The position numbers and the translations under genes were made by a program. A DNA stretch of 64,000 nucleotides, from sequence record OP557969.1. One strand, given 5' to 3'. Below, one piece after another: positions 27,872-43,614 of the stretch (positions within the stretch are counted from its first letter, which is position 1; the number at the start of each line of letters is the position of its first letter). The notes beneath the pieces are model-generated. The model ran no database searches and was not told the DNA's origin. It saw only the letters and a program-made list of their open reading frames with translations.

Positions 27872-30800
27872 ATGTATATCGATGCTTATATGGAACGTAA
27901 ACGTACTGGTGATATTCTTCATGTTGTTGAACGTAAAAATGGTAAACGTATTCTACGTGAATTAGATCCAGTATATGAATATTACGTTGAATCTCCCCAA
28001 GGTACACACAAAACTGTGTATGGTACAATGGCTAAACATTTTGAGTTTCAAACACAAGCTCAAATGAATAAAAGTGTAGAGCAGCACAAAAGTGAAGGTC
28101 TACGTATTTTTGAAAGTGATTGTAACATTACATTTAAAACACTAGCAAAAGAATATATGGGGAAAGGCTCACCGGACTTGAATATTGTTTTCTTCGATAT
28201 CGAGACTGATTTCCATAAGAAATTTGGCTATGCCCCGCCATCAGACCCATTCAACCGTGTAACAGCCATTTCCCTATATCAATCATGGACCGGAAAAGAT
28301 TATGTACTTACTTTACCACCTGATGATATGGAAATTTATGAAGCACAGGACATTGTTCGCAAACTAAATGAAGAAACAAACGATCCTAACAGTACTGTAA
28401 TTCTATATACAGACGAAAAGGAAATGTTTATGGAATTCTTTAGTTTAATTGATGATTCTGATATTATTTCAGGATGGAATAGTGAATTCTTTGATATTCC
28501 ATATATGATCAATAGAACTAAAAAAATCTTCAATGAAGCAACAACTGCACGTTGGTGTTTGTGGAATAAAAAACCAACTTCGCGTGAAGCCGATAACTTT
28601 GGAAAAATAGTTCAAACTTATGATCTGATTGGTCGTGTTCATCTTGACTACTTGGCATTGTATAAAAAACATGCTGGTCAGGTTGAACAATCTTATAAAC
28701 TGGATTATATTGCAGAAAAAGTAACTAAAGAAAATAAAGTATCATATGAAGGTTCACTAGATAAACTTTACAGAGAAGATTATATTACTTTCTTACGATA
28801 TTCCAAACAAGATAGCATTCTACTTAAAAAGATTGATGCAAAGTGTGACTACATCAACCTGCACAATCGCCTGGCACATAAAGAATGCGTTCTTATTAGT
28901 ACAACAATGGGTTCTGTTGCACTTATTGACACAGCTATTATTAACTTAGCACATGCACGTGGTGAAGTTGTTTTTAACAAAGCACCCAAAGATGATGTTG
29001 AGTTTGATCCTGAAATGGAATATTATGGTGAAGATGGAATTGATGGAGAAGAGAAAATCAGTGCAAAAGCAGCAGGGGCATGGGTACAAGATCCAGTACT
29101 AGGACTTGTGAGTGACCTTGGGTGTACTGACTTTAACTCACTTTATCCTACTGTCCTACGTACTTTAGGTATGAGTACTGAATGTATTCTTGGACAACTA
29201 CGACAAGATTACACAGATGCGTATCTTGCAGATAAAATCCAGGAACAGAAGAGCAAATCTAAATCAAAATCATTTGAACCTGATTGGACTGCTGCATGGC
29301 ATGGTTTGTTTGCCGCAGTAGAGTTTACAATGGTCCATGAAAAGTCAGAAGAAACATTGATTGTGGACTTAGAAGATGGTAGTTCCTTCAAAGCAACTGG
29401 TAAGGAACTATATGATATTATTTTTGCAGAAGATAGCACGATTGTTCTTAGTGCAAACGGAACATTGTTTGATAAATCTAAATCAGGTGTAATTCCAGAT
29501 ATTCTTACACAATGGTATTCTGAACGTAAAGCCCAGCAAAAAATGGTTATTGATTACAAACATATGTGTACGGATGGCTGGGAGTTTAATGGTCATGAAA
29601 AAGTTGAACCATTGCTATCCAACTATACACATGGAACTATGTTTAGAACCAATATCCATGATAACGATCCAGTATACTTACTTCGTAAAGAAATTGGTAA
29701 AGGACAATGGGATGAAGTTGCTAAGTTGATTGTTGAAAACGGCTTAATCCTAAAAGAAGGTCGCATTTTTTGTCCAAACGAAGAAAAAGAGTACTTTAAA
29801 CAGCGTAGTGCTTTCTGGAAACAGAACCAACAGATTCGTAAAATTCTTCTAAACAGTCTATATGGTGCACTATTGAACAAAGGTTCTCGTTTCTTTGATA
29901 AACGTTTAGGTCAATCTGTTACATTAACTGGTCGTTCAATGACTAAGCACATGGCAAGTCGTATCAATGAAATCACAACTGGTGAATATATCCACCACGG
30001 TGGTTCTGTAATTTACGGTGATACTGACTCCGTTTACTTTAGTGTGACACATTATCTGAAAGAACAAGGCATCCCATATAATTTATCAAAAGAAGAAATT
30101 GTTGATATGTATATTAAAATTGGTGAAGAAGTTGGTGAATCTTTCCCAACATTTATGCATGAAATGTTCAACACTGGTATTGAAAAAGGTAAGATTGTCG
30201 GTGCAGACCTTGAGATGGTTGGTTCCCGTGGATTATTCTTGAAGAAAAAACGTTATGCAATCTTGAAGTACTGGGAAGATGGCTTCCGTAAAGATATTGA
30301 TGGTAAACCCGGTGAAATCAAAGCAATGGGTCTTGAGATTAAACGTTCAGATACACCAAAATACATCCAGAACTTCCTAGAAGAGACACTAATTGCACTA
30401 CTGGTAGGTGAGAGTGAACAGCAATTAAAACAGCGTGTACGTGCTTTTAAAGATGTATTTAAGGACATGCCAGTATACGAAAAAGGATCACCAAAAACCG
30501 TAAAAAATTACACTAATTTAGAGGCAGAATATCAACTAACTGGTAAGTGTAAGGTTGGTCATGTTCTTGCTGGTATTCAATGGAATCGTCTTCGTGAAAT
30601 TTATGATGATAAAACAGTACCAGAAGTAACTGATGGAACAAAAGTGATTGTCTGTAACTTAAAAGATAACCCTATGGGAATTAAAGCTGTTGGTTATCCA
30701 ATTGACTGTGTTGAGTATCTTCCAGAATGGTTCTTGGAATTACCATTTGATACTGAAAAAATGGAAGAGATTGTCCTGACTAAAAAATTAGAGAATATTT

Positions 30801-30877
30801 TTGGTATTTTAGATATGGATATTGGTATTCATGAAAAAAGTACTGCATCAGTAAACAATGGATTCTTCACTTGGTAA
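27872..30877 (+). CDS. gp43: Family B DNA polymerase, gp43-like
   Basis: Exonuclease motifs DIETD, WNSEFFDIPY, YSKQD; polymerase motifs DFNSLYP, KILLNSLYG, YGDTDS, KKRY. Confidence 0.97.
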   Translation: MYIDAYMERKRTGDILHVVERKNGKRILRELDPVYEYYVESPQGTHKTVYGTMAKHFEFQTQAQMNKSVEQHKSEGLRIFESDCNITFKTLAKEYMGKGSPDLNIVFFDIETDFHKKFGYAPPSDPFNRVTAISLYQSWTGKDYVLTLPPDDMEIYEAQDIVRKLNEETNDPNSTVILYTDEKEMFMEFFSLIDDSDIISGWNSEFFDIPYMINRTKKIFNEATTARWCLWNKKPTSREADNFGKIVQTYDLIGRVHLDYLALYKKHAGQVEQSYKLDYIAEKVTKENKVSYEGSLDKLYREDYITFLRYSKQDSILLKKIDAKCDYINLHNRLAHKECVLISTTMGSVALIDTAIINLAHARGEVVFNKAPKDDVEFDPEMEYYGEDGIDGEEKISAKAAGAWVQDPVLGLVSDLGCTDFNSLYPTVLRTLGMSTECILGQLRQDYTDAYLADKIQEQKSKSKSKSFEPDWTAAWHGLFAAVEFTMVHEKSEETLIVDLEDGSSFKATGKELYDIIFAEDSTIVLSANGTLFDKSKSGVIPDILTQWYSERKAQQKMVIDYKHMCTDGWEFNGHEKVEPLLSNYTHGTMFRTNIHDNDPVYLLRKEIGKGQWDEVAKLIVENGLILKEGRIFCPNEEKEYFKQRSAFWKQNQQIRKILLNSLYGALLNKGSRFFDKRLGQSVTLTGRSMTKHMASRINEITTGEYIHHGGSVIYGDTDSVYFSVTHYLKEQGIPYNLSKEEIVDMYIKIGEEVGESFPTFMHEMFNTGIEKGKIVGADLEMVGSRGLFLKKKRYAILKYWEDGFRKDIDGKPGEIKAMGLEIKRSDTPKYIQNFLEETLIALLVGESEQQLKQRVRAFKDVFKDMPVYEKGSPKTVKNYTNLEAEYQLTGKCKVGHVLAGIQWNRLREIYDDKTVPEVTDGTKVIVCNLKDNPMGIKAVGYPIDCVEYLPEWFLELPFDTEKMEEIVLTKKLENIFGILDMDIGIHEKSTASVNNGFFTW

Positions 30878-30888
30878 GGAGTAATATT

Positions 30889-31038
30889 ATGGTTATTGTA
30901 AATGAAATTGAGCTAAACTATGACGAAGTAAATGATACTTTCACTAATGCAATGTTGAATATTACTGAAGAAAGTGTAAATGAGGCATGGGAAAAATATG
31001 TAGAATGGACTTCATTACAAGGTAAAAATGATGAGTAA
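30889..31038 (+). CDS. Small acidic hypothetical protein (49 aa; absent from ORF track)
   Basis: AAGGAG RBS then ATG GTT ATT...GAT GAG TAA; MVIVNEIELNYDEVNDTFTNAMLNITEESVNEAWEKYVEWTSLQGKNDE; fills the gap exactly. Confidence 0.7.
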   Translation: MVIVNEIELNYDEVNDTFTNAMLNITEESVNEAWEKYVEWTSLQGKNDE

Positions 31039-31327
31039 TATATATAAGCGTATTGGTGAAGTACTAGAAGGCAATGGTATCATCAATTCTGTACTAGCAT
31101 ACGATAATGATGAAGAAGTAGTTCTAATTGGTGCGGGTTTTACCCGTACTGGTTCTGTTGAAGTTGATGGCGAGATTGTTGATGTTTATACTCTTGTGAA
31201 AAAGCGTAAAGTTGTTTTTGTAGACGATGTGCATACATTAAAAGACTTAGAAAAATTACGCAATAAAATTGGCATGAGTTCTACAATTGATAAGCCTTAT
31301 CTTAAACGTTGGAACACAAAATTCTGA
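31028..31327 (+). CDS. Hypothetical protein
   Basis: 99 aa, overlaps the upstream stop; phage-typical codon use. Confidence 0.7.
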   Translation: MMSNIYKRIGEVLEGNGIINSVLAYDNDEEVVLIGAGFTRTGSVEVDGEIVDVYTLVKKRKVVFVDDVHTLKDLEKLRNKIGMSSTIDKPYLKRWNTKF

Positions 31328-31333
31328 TAAAAA

Positions 31334-31362
31334 TGAGACAAGCACCATTTTTGAGATATAAT
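31334..31362 (+). promoter_or_regulatory. Early/middle promoter TGAGACA-N16-TATAAT overlapped by an inverted repeat
   Basis: TGAGACA 31334-31340, TATAAT 31357-31362; ACAAGCACCATT...AATGGTGCTTGT arms at 31338-31371. Confidence 0.65.
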
Positions 31363-31425
31363 GGTGCTTGTAGTAATCTGACATAAACACATTTTTGATT
31401 AACAAATAAAACGGAGAATTATATA

Positions 31426-32157
31426 ATGGATCTACGCAACGTACTACGTGACCTAGTTAACACCACCAGCAGCATCGATTTTTCTTGTATCGCAGTGAGT
31501 AGTGAAGACCGTGGTGAAGGACAACGTGTATATATGGAAGCGTATACAGATGACCGAACTCTTGTTATGCGTGCATATACAAAAGAAGATGTTCCTGAAG
31601 TTCAGGGTCGTTTTGGTCTAGGAAACCTAGGTCTTCTTCAGGGTCTAATGTCCCTTAAAACGTACAGTACTGAAGGAACTACCATTACATCTAATGTTAA
31701 AGATGGTTCAGTTAAAAGTTTAGGATTTAAATCAGAAGATGCAAGTACTACATTTATGGTACAAGCAGAAAAACTTATTCCAGTTCAACCACGTTTCCAT
31801 GAACAACCATATGACGTACAGGTTATTCCTAGTGCTGCTAAAGTTCAAGAACTAAAAAGTTTTTCTGGTGTATTCAAATCATTTAGTTCTCTCGTAACAC
31901 CATACACTGAAGGAGACACTCTATACTTTCATGTTGGTGAGAAAAACAAAAGCAATCACGTTGGGTCATTAGCTTTTTCTAAAACTGAAGGTGAATTGGG
32001 TCTTGGATTTGGATACAATATTGATCGTGTACTTCAAGCACTGTCCCGTGTATCTAATGCTGAATCTGTATCACTCGGAATTACCAAAACTGGTATGCTA
32101 AATGTAACGCTTGATACTGGTATTGCAGTATACAAATTTTACGTAACAGGTTGCTAA
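31426..32157 (+). CDS. gp45: Sliding clamp, gp45-like
   Basis: 243 aa, beta-rich; FGLGNLGLLQGLMSL matches the gp45 F/ALYDLxxFLxILSL block; near the polymerase. Confidence 0.65.
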   Translation: MDLRNVLRDLVNTTSSIDFSCIAVSSEDRGEGQRVYMEAYTDDRTLVMRAYTKEDVPEVQGRFGLGNLGLLQGLMSLKTYSTEGTTITSNVKDGSVKSLGFKSEDASTTFMVQAEKLIPVQPRFHEQPYDVQVIPSAAKVQELKSFSGVFKSFSSLVTPYTEGDTLYFHVGEKNKSNHVGSLAFSKTEGELGLGFGYNIDRVLQALSRVSNAESVSLGITKTGMLNVTLDTGIAVYKFYVTGC

Positions 32158-32224
32158 TATATATAACGGGGAATGTAATATTCCCCACTACTTAGTTTTA
32201 TTTAAAAGTAAAGGAATACAAAAA

Positions 32225-32431
32225 ATGCCATTATATACATATCGTTGTGAAAAAGAAGAATGCAAGCATAGCATTGAAAAAATTGTTAAAATTGCAAATC
32301 GTGATGAACCTCATGATTGTCCTAAATGTAATGGTGAAAAAACTATGAAGTTGGAAGTGTTCACTCCAGGTGATAAAGGTGCTAATCTTTATTTTCGTGG
32401 AAAATGGTTTGCAAATACTGGGGGCTACTAA
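32225..32431 (+). CDS. FmdB-family zinc-ribbon protein
   Basis: MPLYTYRC....C...CPKC...FRGKWF. Confidence 0.85.
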   Translation: MPLYTYRCEKEECKHSIEKIVKIANRDEPHDCPKCNGEKTMKLEVFTPGDKGANLYFRGKWFANTGGY

Positions 32432-32432
32432 T

Positions 32433-32732
32433 ATGAAAATTAAAATGATTAATGATTATGTACTTGTTCGCCAAATTGAAGCACAGAATAAAAGTTCTGG
32501 TGGTATTATTCTTGGTAATGTTGAACCACCTTGCATTGGTATGGTAATTTCAGTTGGGCCTGGTAAAATCTTACCTAATGGACAATTAGCAGAGCACAAT
32601 ATTAAAGAAGGTGATATGGTTGTATTTGGACGCTCTTCATTGAACACCCCACTCACTGAAGATCTTGGTGGTGGTGAAGATACATATTATGTAATGAAAA
32701 TTGAAGAGATTTTTGGTAAGAAAAATGGCTAA
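32433..32732 (+). CDS. groES: GroES-like co-chaperonin
   Basis: Start at MKIKMINDYVLV; SSGGIIL mobile loop, VISVGPG, IKEGDMVVF. Confidence 0.9.
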   Translation: MKIKMINDYVLVRQIEAQNKSSGGIILGNVEPPCIGMVISVGPGKILPNGQLAEHNIKEGDMVVFGRSSLNTPLTEDLGGGEDTYYVMKIEEIFGKKNG

Positions 32733-33450
32733 AAAGAAATTCATACCATTTTGGCTTGTCCCTGCACATTGGGGACTTTCTGGAAAAGCAAAAGAGATTG
32801 CCAAAGCATACTACTACAATGATGATTATGAAGCTGATATGAAAGTTGCAGAATTGACATATTTAACTCCATATGAAGTAGAAGTAGCACATTTAGATAT
32901 TAAAAAGAAATATAATGTAATTGGAGAACTTGAATATCTAATCGCAGTACTTGATGTGGACCTTAAATATTCTAAAATTACACGTGAACAGTATGACGTT
33001 AAAGTTCTTGATGCAAAATTAAGTACTGGAACTATTACTGAAAAAGAATATGACATGGAAATTATCGAGTTAATGCCAGACGGTGATGAAAAAAGGCTGA
33101 AGGCAATTGAATATGCATATCGATATGATGAAATCACACAAAGTGAATATTCTAAGGAAATATACACACTTCGTAAAGAGCCGTGGATTGATTTAGACGT
33201 GGTTCTTGACCCTGATACGAATGAAGTTGAGTTTGTGTTTGATTATAATGAGTATTTCTGGAAAAAGTTGAAGGCTGAAGGCCATCCAGGTAATGACGAA
33301 GAAGAGATTATTGATAATTTTGTTAGAGACTTAGGTCGTAAACTTGCCACGGATGATTTCAGTGATGATTATGACACAAAGTTGGTGAGTGCGAACGAAG
33401 GATTAGACAAGCTACCTGGTTTGCCTGAAGGTTTTCGTTCATATAGATGA
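32725..33450 (+). CDS. Hypothetical protein
   Basis: Start MAKKKFIPFW overlaps the groES end; 241 aa. Confidence 0.75.
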   Translation: MAKKKFIPFWLVPAHWGLSGKAKEIAKAYYYNDDYEADMKVAELTYLTPYEVEVAHLDIKKKYNVIGELEYLIAVLDVDLKYSKITREQYDVKVLDAKLSTGTITEKEYDMEIIELMPDGDEKRLKAIEYAYRYDEITQSEYSKEIYTLRKEPWIDLDVVLDPDTNEVEFVFDYNEYFWKKLKAEGHPGNDEEEIIDNFVRDLGRKLATDDFSDDYDTKLVSANEGLDKLPGLPEGFRSYR

Positions 33451-33456
33451 AATATA

Positions 33457-33482
33457 AAAAGGAGAGCATATGCTCTCCTTTT
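33457..33482. terminator. Bidirectional terminator (perfect palindrome)
   Basis: AAAAGGAGAGCAT/ATGCTCTCCTTTT between convergent genes. Confidence 0.8.
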
Positions 33483-33493
33483 CTTTTGATATA

Positions 33494-34183
33494 TTAAACC
33501 AATGCTGGGAGGTATTTGAATAGTTTAATACCGAAATCACCTGCTGCATCAGCGGCCTGTGAACGAAGATACACTTCAGTGACACCATCTTTTGCCAATA
33601 GCGGAACACCAGTTAGGTCATCGATTAGTAGGCGACCTTCTTCATATTCAGTACTTGGAACACCTTGTGGTGATTTGAGATCTTTATTAAAGACACTAGC
33701 ACGTTCAACAAGGAATGTGATAACAGAAGCATCATCAATGCTAACGCTACCAGCACTCATAACACCATCAGGTGCGTTGGAGAAACCAGTAACCGGAAAC
33801 GCTTCAGCACCACTTCCTGCAATGTTGGATGTGGCAATAACAACTGCACGCTGTTGCACAACGTCTACGATGCGTTTGACGTTGGTTTGTGCTGCATAGG
33901 ATGCATTGTAATCTGATTCTAGTGATTCTAGAACGAAAGCAGAACCATCAACACGCTTGATACCTTTATCATTTAGGTATGCTAGAATTTCTTCTGGGAT
34001 ATCAGTGTTTAGAAAACGTTGTAAACCTACATAAGAGGAAACTGCTCCTGTTACAAGAACGTTCACGTCACCAAGTTTACTAATAGCAATAGATGCTAGG
34101 GCGTTAGTACCACAAAAGTAACCTAGAATACGCTCAAATGAATACCCATTGATACGTTCAAAAGAAGTATTAGTATTTGACAT
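33494..34183 (-). CDS. Late virion structural protein (paralogue A)
   Basis: 229 aa; shares QQRAV and TFxxERxxVFNK motifs with its neighbour; late-promoter driven. Confidence 0.7.
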   Translation of the reverse strand: MSNTNTSFERINGYSFERILGYFCGTNALASIAISKLGDVNVLVTGAVSSYVGLQRFLNTDIPEEILAYLNDKGIKRVDGSAFVLESLESDYNASYAAQTNVKRIVDVVQQRAVVIATSNIAGSGAEAFPVTGFSNAPDGVMSAGSVSIDDASVITFLVERASVFNKDLKSPQGVPSTEYEEGRLLIDDLTGVPLLAKDGVTEVYLRSQAADAAGDFGIKLFKYLPALV

Positions 34184-34198
34184 AATATTACCTCTCTA

Positions 34199-34798
34199 TT
34201 ATAGTTGAACTGGAAGAGCAGCACGTACTTTAATAGCTACAGCAGTAGATGCACCTGCATCACCAACACCATCAGTTCCTTGACTTACGAAAGTTTTAGT
34301 ACGAAAAACTTTAGCTTGTGCAATAGATTTAGCTAGGTCAACAGTTGGATCAACTGGAGCAGGACATGCAGAACCTGGACGAACTTCTTGTTTATTAAAT
34401 ACGTCTTGACGTTCACAGATGAAAGTCAATGCAACAGAGTTAGCACCACCTTTAACATCAGTACCGCTAGTACCAAATGCAACTACGTTTGGGTTAGCAT
34501 TTTTAAAATCTTCAGGAATAACAACTTCTGCATCAAGAGCAAGTAGTGAAGTCGTTACAAGAACAGCACGTTGCTGTAGTAGTTGAGTAACCATGAATAG
34601 GTTATATTGTGCATTGCTTAGTGCAGTTTGATATGCATCAGCTTGAGCATCAGAACCATCGGACACAACTTTAGTAGTACCGATTTCAACATCGGCTGGT
34701 AGATCGATTACGATGGTTACAAAACCGTTGTTACCACCCCACCATTCGCGTGCAACACCAGACATACCATAGTTACGGTTAAAAGAATTAAGACTCAT
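34199..34798 (-). CDS. Late virion structural protein (paralogue B)
   Basis: 199 aa; RBS AAGGAG; reverse-strand ATAAATA at 34845-34851 and 34909-34915. Confidence 0.7.
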   Translation of the reverse strand: MSLNSFNRNYGMSGVAREWWGGNNGFVTIVIDLPADVEIGTTKVVSDGSDAQADAYQTALSNAQYNLFMVTQLLQQRAVLVTTSLLALDAEVVIPEDFKNANPNVVAFGTSGTDVKGGANSVALTFICERQDVFNKQEVRPGSACPAPVDPTVDLAKSIAQAKVFRTKTFVSQGTDGVGDAGASTAVAIKVRAALPVQL

Positions 34799-34921
34799 GA
34801 AAATCTCCTTGTCAAATTTTGTGCAGGAACATCCTGCTTAAAGTTATTTATCAAAAAATATCATCAGCATTTAAATTTACTGAAATAATTAATGAATTTC
34901 TATGATATTATTTATCAAAAT

Positions 34922-34950
34922 TGGGAAAGTGCTTAATGATGTGCTATAAT
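34922..34950 (+). promoter_or_regulatory. Early/middle promoter TGGGAAA-N16-TATAAT with extended -10
   Basis: TGGGAAA 34922-34928, TGC then TATAAT 34945-34950; upstream of RNase H. Confidence 0.6.
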
Positions 34951-34959
34951 TTTCAATGA

Positions 34960-41278
<6,319 letters not shown>

Positions 41279-41366
41279 GTAAACCGTCAAAGGAACAATG
41301 AAGTTTCTAAGACAATTGAAGCCAATTAACAAATAACAAAGAAACCCAAAATCAAGGAAGAAATAT

Positions 41367-42425
41367 ATGAAATCTCTAGCTGAAATTCGTGCACACCTAA
41401 AAGCAGAACAAGAAAAAGCAGAAGCACAAAAGAATGGTACATTCACTGGTGAGCGTAAAGCTGATTCGTTTCTAGCTTTCTGGAACGTACCTTACAATGA
41501 ACCACTAAATCTACGTTTTCTACCAGATGCTGATGAGTCCAACCCATTCTTCTGGCGTGAACGTGACATGATTAACCTAACATTCAATGGTGTAGTCGGT
41601 ATGCACACTGATAAAGTAACCGTACAAGTACCTTGTAATGAAATGTGGGTTCCTAAATCTTGTCCGGTACTGAAAGAAGTACGTCAATGGTTCCAAAGTG
41701 CGAATGAAACAGGGAATGAAGAACTAAAAGCAATGGCAGGTCGTTACTGGAAGAAAAAAACCTATCTAATGCAATGCTTTATTGCACCAGATAGTGTTGC
41801 AGTAAAAGACGACATTGCACCAGAAAATCCAATTCGCCGTATTCTAGCTAACAAAGATATCTTTGATAAAGTTAAATCTATCCTACTAAACCCAGGTATC
41901 AAAGAATCCCCAACTCACTACGTTCAAGGTCGTGATTTTGGTATTGTTAAAACTAAGAACGGTGGTGGATATAATAGCTACGACATGTCACAATTCTCCA
42001 TGTCAGAACGTCCACTAAACGAAGAAGAACTAGCAGCAATCGAAAAATATGGTCTATTCAATCTAAATGATTTTATGCCAAAACAACCAACTCCAGAAGA
42101 GTTGAAAGCAATCGAAGAAATGTTCGAAGCATCAGTAAATGGTGAAGCATATGATCCAGCACGTTGGGCATTTGCATATCGTCCAGCGGGTGTACCAAAG
42201 CCTAACACTGGAACTACCACTGTCACTGAATCAAAACCAACTCCTGCTCCAGTACAACAAGAGTCAACACCTGCACCAGTAGCACCTACTGCTCCAGTTA
42301 CACCAGCACCACAAGCTGCTCCTGTAACCCCAGTAGCTACACCAGCAGCATCTACGACTGAAGCACCAAAAGAACAACTATCTGCATCTGCACTAGTTGC
42401 TCGTTTGAAACAACAAGGTAAGTAA
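41367..42425 (+). CDS. gp32: Single-stranded DNA-binding protein, gp32-like
   Basis: LRFLP...PFFW, VPC...CPV, GRDFGIVK...GYNSYD.S.F typical of gp32; precedes uvsX. Confidence 0.88.
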   Translation: MKSLAEIRAHLKAEQEKAEAQKNGTFTGERKADSFLAFWNVPYNEPLNLRFLPDADESNPFFWRERDMINLTFNGVVGMHTDKVTVQVPCNEMWVPKSCPVLKEVRQWFQSANETGNEELKAMAGRYWKKKTYLMQCFIAPDSVAVKDDIAPENPIRRILANKDIFDKVKSILLNPGIKESPTHYVQGRDFGIVKTKNGGGYNSYDMSQFSMSERPLNEEELAAIEKYGLFNLNDFMPKQPTPEELKAIEEMFEASVNGEAYDPARWAFAYRPAGVPKPNTGTTTVTESKPTPAPVQQESTPAPVAPTAPVTPAPQAAPVTPVATPAASTTEAPKEQLSASALVARLKQQGK

Positions 42426-42444
42426 TAGTTTTTTGAAAAGTTAA

Positions 42445-42469
42445 GGGGCAACGGAGTTTGCCCCGTTTT
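42445..42469 (+). terminator. Terminator after SSB
   Basis: GGGGCAA-CGGAGT-TTGCCCC then GTTTT. Confidence 0.65.
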
Positions 42470-42495
42470 ATTTCATAAAATTCAAGGAGAGAATT

Positions 42496-43614
42496 ATGAA
42501 AATGACAAGTGGTTTTGCAAACATTCTTAAAAACAGTACTGGTAGTGTTAAAAAGAATACTGGTGTTAGTGTTGGATTTCATGATCCAGATACATGGGTT
42601 AGTACTGGTAACTATGCACTAAATTACCGTATTAGTGGTTATTTTGACCGTGGTATCCCACTGGGTAAAGTAACTATGTTTGCTGGTGAATCAGGTAGTG
42701 GTAAATCTTTTATTGTATCCGGTAACATCGCACGTGAAGCTCAACAACAAGGTATTTTTGTTGTAATGATTGACACAGAGAATGCTTTGGATTCAGATTG
42801 GCTACAAGCTCTTGGTGTTGACACTTCTGAAGAAAAACTTCTTAAAGTTAATATGGGTATGATTGGTGATGTAGCCAAATTCACTTATGAATTTATTGAA
42901 GGATATCGCAAAGAGTACGAAAATACACCTAAAGATGAACGCCAAAAAGTATTGTTCATTATCGATTCGATTGGTATGCTTAATACTGAAGTATCTAATG
43001 ATCAAATGAAAGCTGGTAATCTTAAAGGTGATATGGGTCATAAACCTAAGCAGCTAAAAGCATATATTACTAACTGTGTGAATTCTATTGGTTCACTAAA
43101 TATCGGAATGGTTTGTGTGAACCATTCGTATGAATCACAGGATATGTTTAATCCAGATCCTAAAGTGTCTGGTGGTAGTGGTTTGATTTATGCATCATCA
43201 ATGGTGATTGCAATGGGTAAACTAAAACTAAAAGAAGATGAGGATGGTAATAAAACATCCGATGTGAGTGGTATTCGCTCCAAATGTAAAGTTATGAAAA
43301 CTCGTTATAATAAACCATTCGAGGAAGTTGAGATTAAGATTCCTTGGGATAAAGGTATGGACCCACGTAGTGGTCTACTAGATATGTTTGAAAAATACGG
43401 TCTAATCACTAAATCAGGTAACCGTCTATTGTATGTTGATATTGTAACTGGCGAACAGATTCTAAAATATCGCAAAGAGTGGATGCGTAATGAAGATTCA
43501 TGTCTTGATTTGGTAATGCATCAATTTAAAAATCATCCTTTGATTGAAGAAGTTAAAGAAGAAGAAAAAGGTGATGAAACTTTTGGTACTGATGTTGATA
43601 TTAGTGAGGAATAA
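42496..43614 (+). CDS. uvsX: RecA-like recombinase UvsX
   Basis: STGNYALN, AGESGSGKS, IDTENALD, IIDSIG, GDMG, SGGSG. Confidence 0.95.
   Translation: MKMTSGFANILKNSTGSVKKNTGVSVGFHDPDTWVSTGNYALNYRISGYFDRGIPLGKVTMFAGESGSGKSFIVSGNIAREAQQQGIFVVMIDTENALDSDWLQALGVDTSEEKLLKVNMGMIGDVAKFTYEFIEGYRKEYENTPKDERQKVLFIIDSIGMLNTEVSNDQMKAGNLKGDMGHKPKQLKAYITNCVNSIGSLNIGMVCVNHSYESQDMFNPDPKVSGGSGLIYASSMVIAMGKLKLKEDEDGNKTSDVSGIRSKCKVMKTRYNKPFEEVEIKIPWDKGMDPRSGLLDMFEKYGLITKSGNRLLYVDIVTGEQILKYRKEWMRNEDSCLDLVMHQFKNHPLIEEVKEEEKGDETFGTDVDISEE

Noticed and set aside
29540-29840. Extra ~100 aa between polymerase motifs A and B as a possible third intein or split point
   Set aside because: No intein N-terminal or HN/HQ C-terminal motifs and the frame is continuous; T4-type gp43 also has an extended fingers region here
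32433-32732. GroES without GroEL as a novel system
   Set aside because: Stand-alone co-chaperonins are standard in T4-like phages (gp31)
42230-42370. CCAGCACC-like repeats at the SSB 3' end as a mobile or VNTR element
   Set aside because: Imperfect and explained by the Pro/Ala/Thr linker codons
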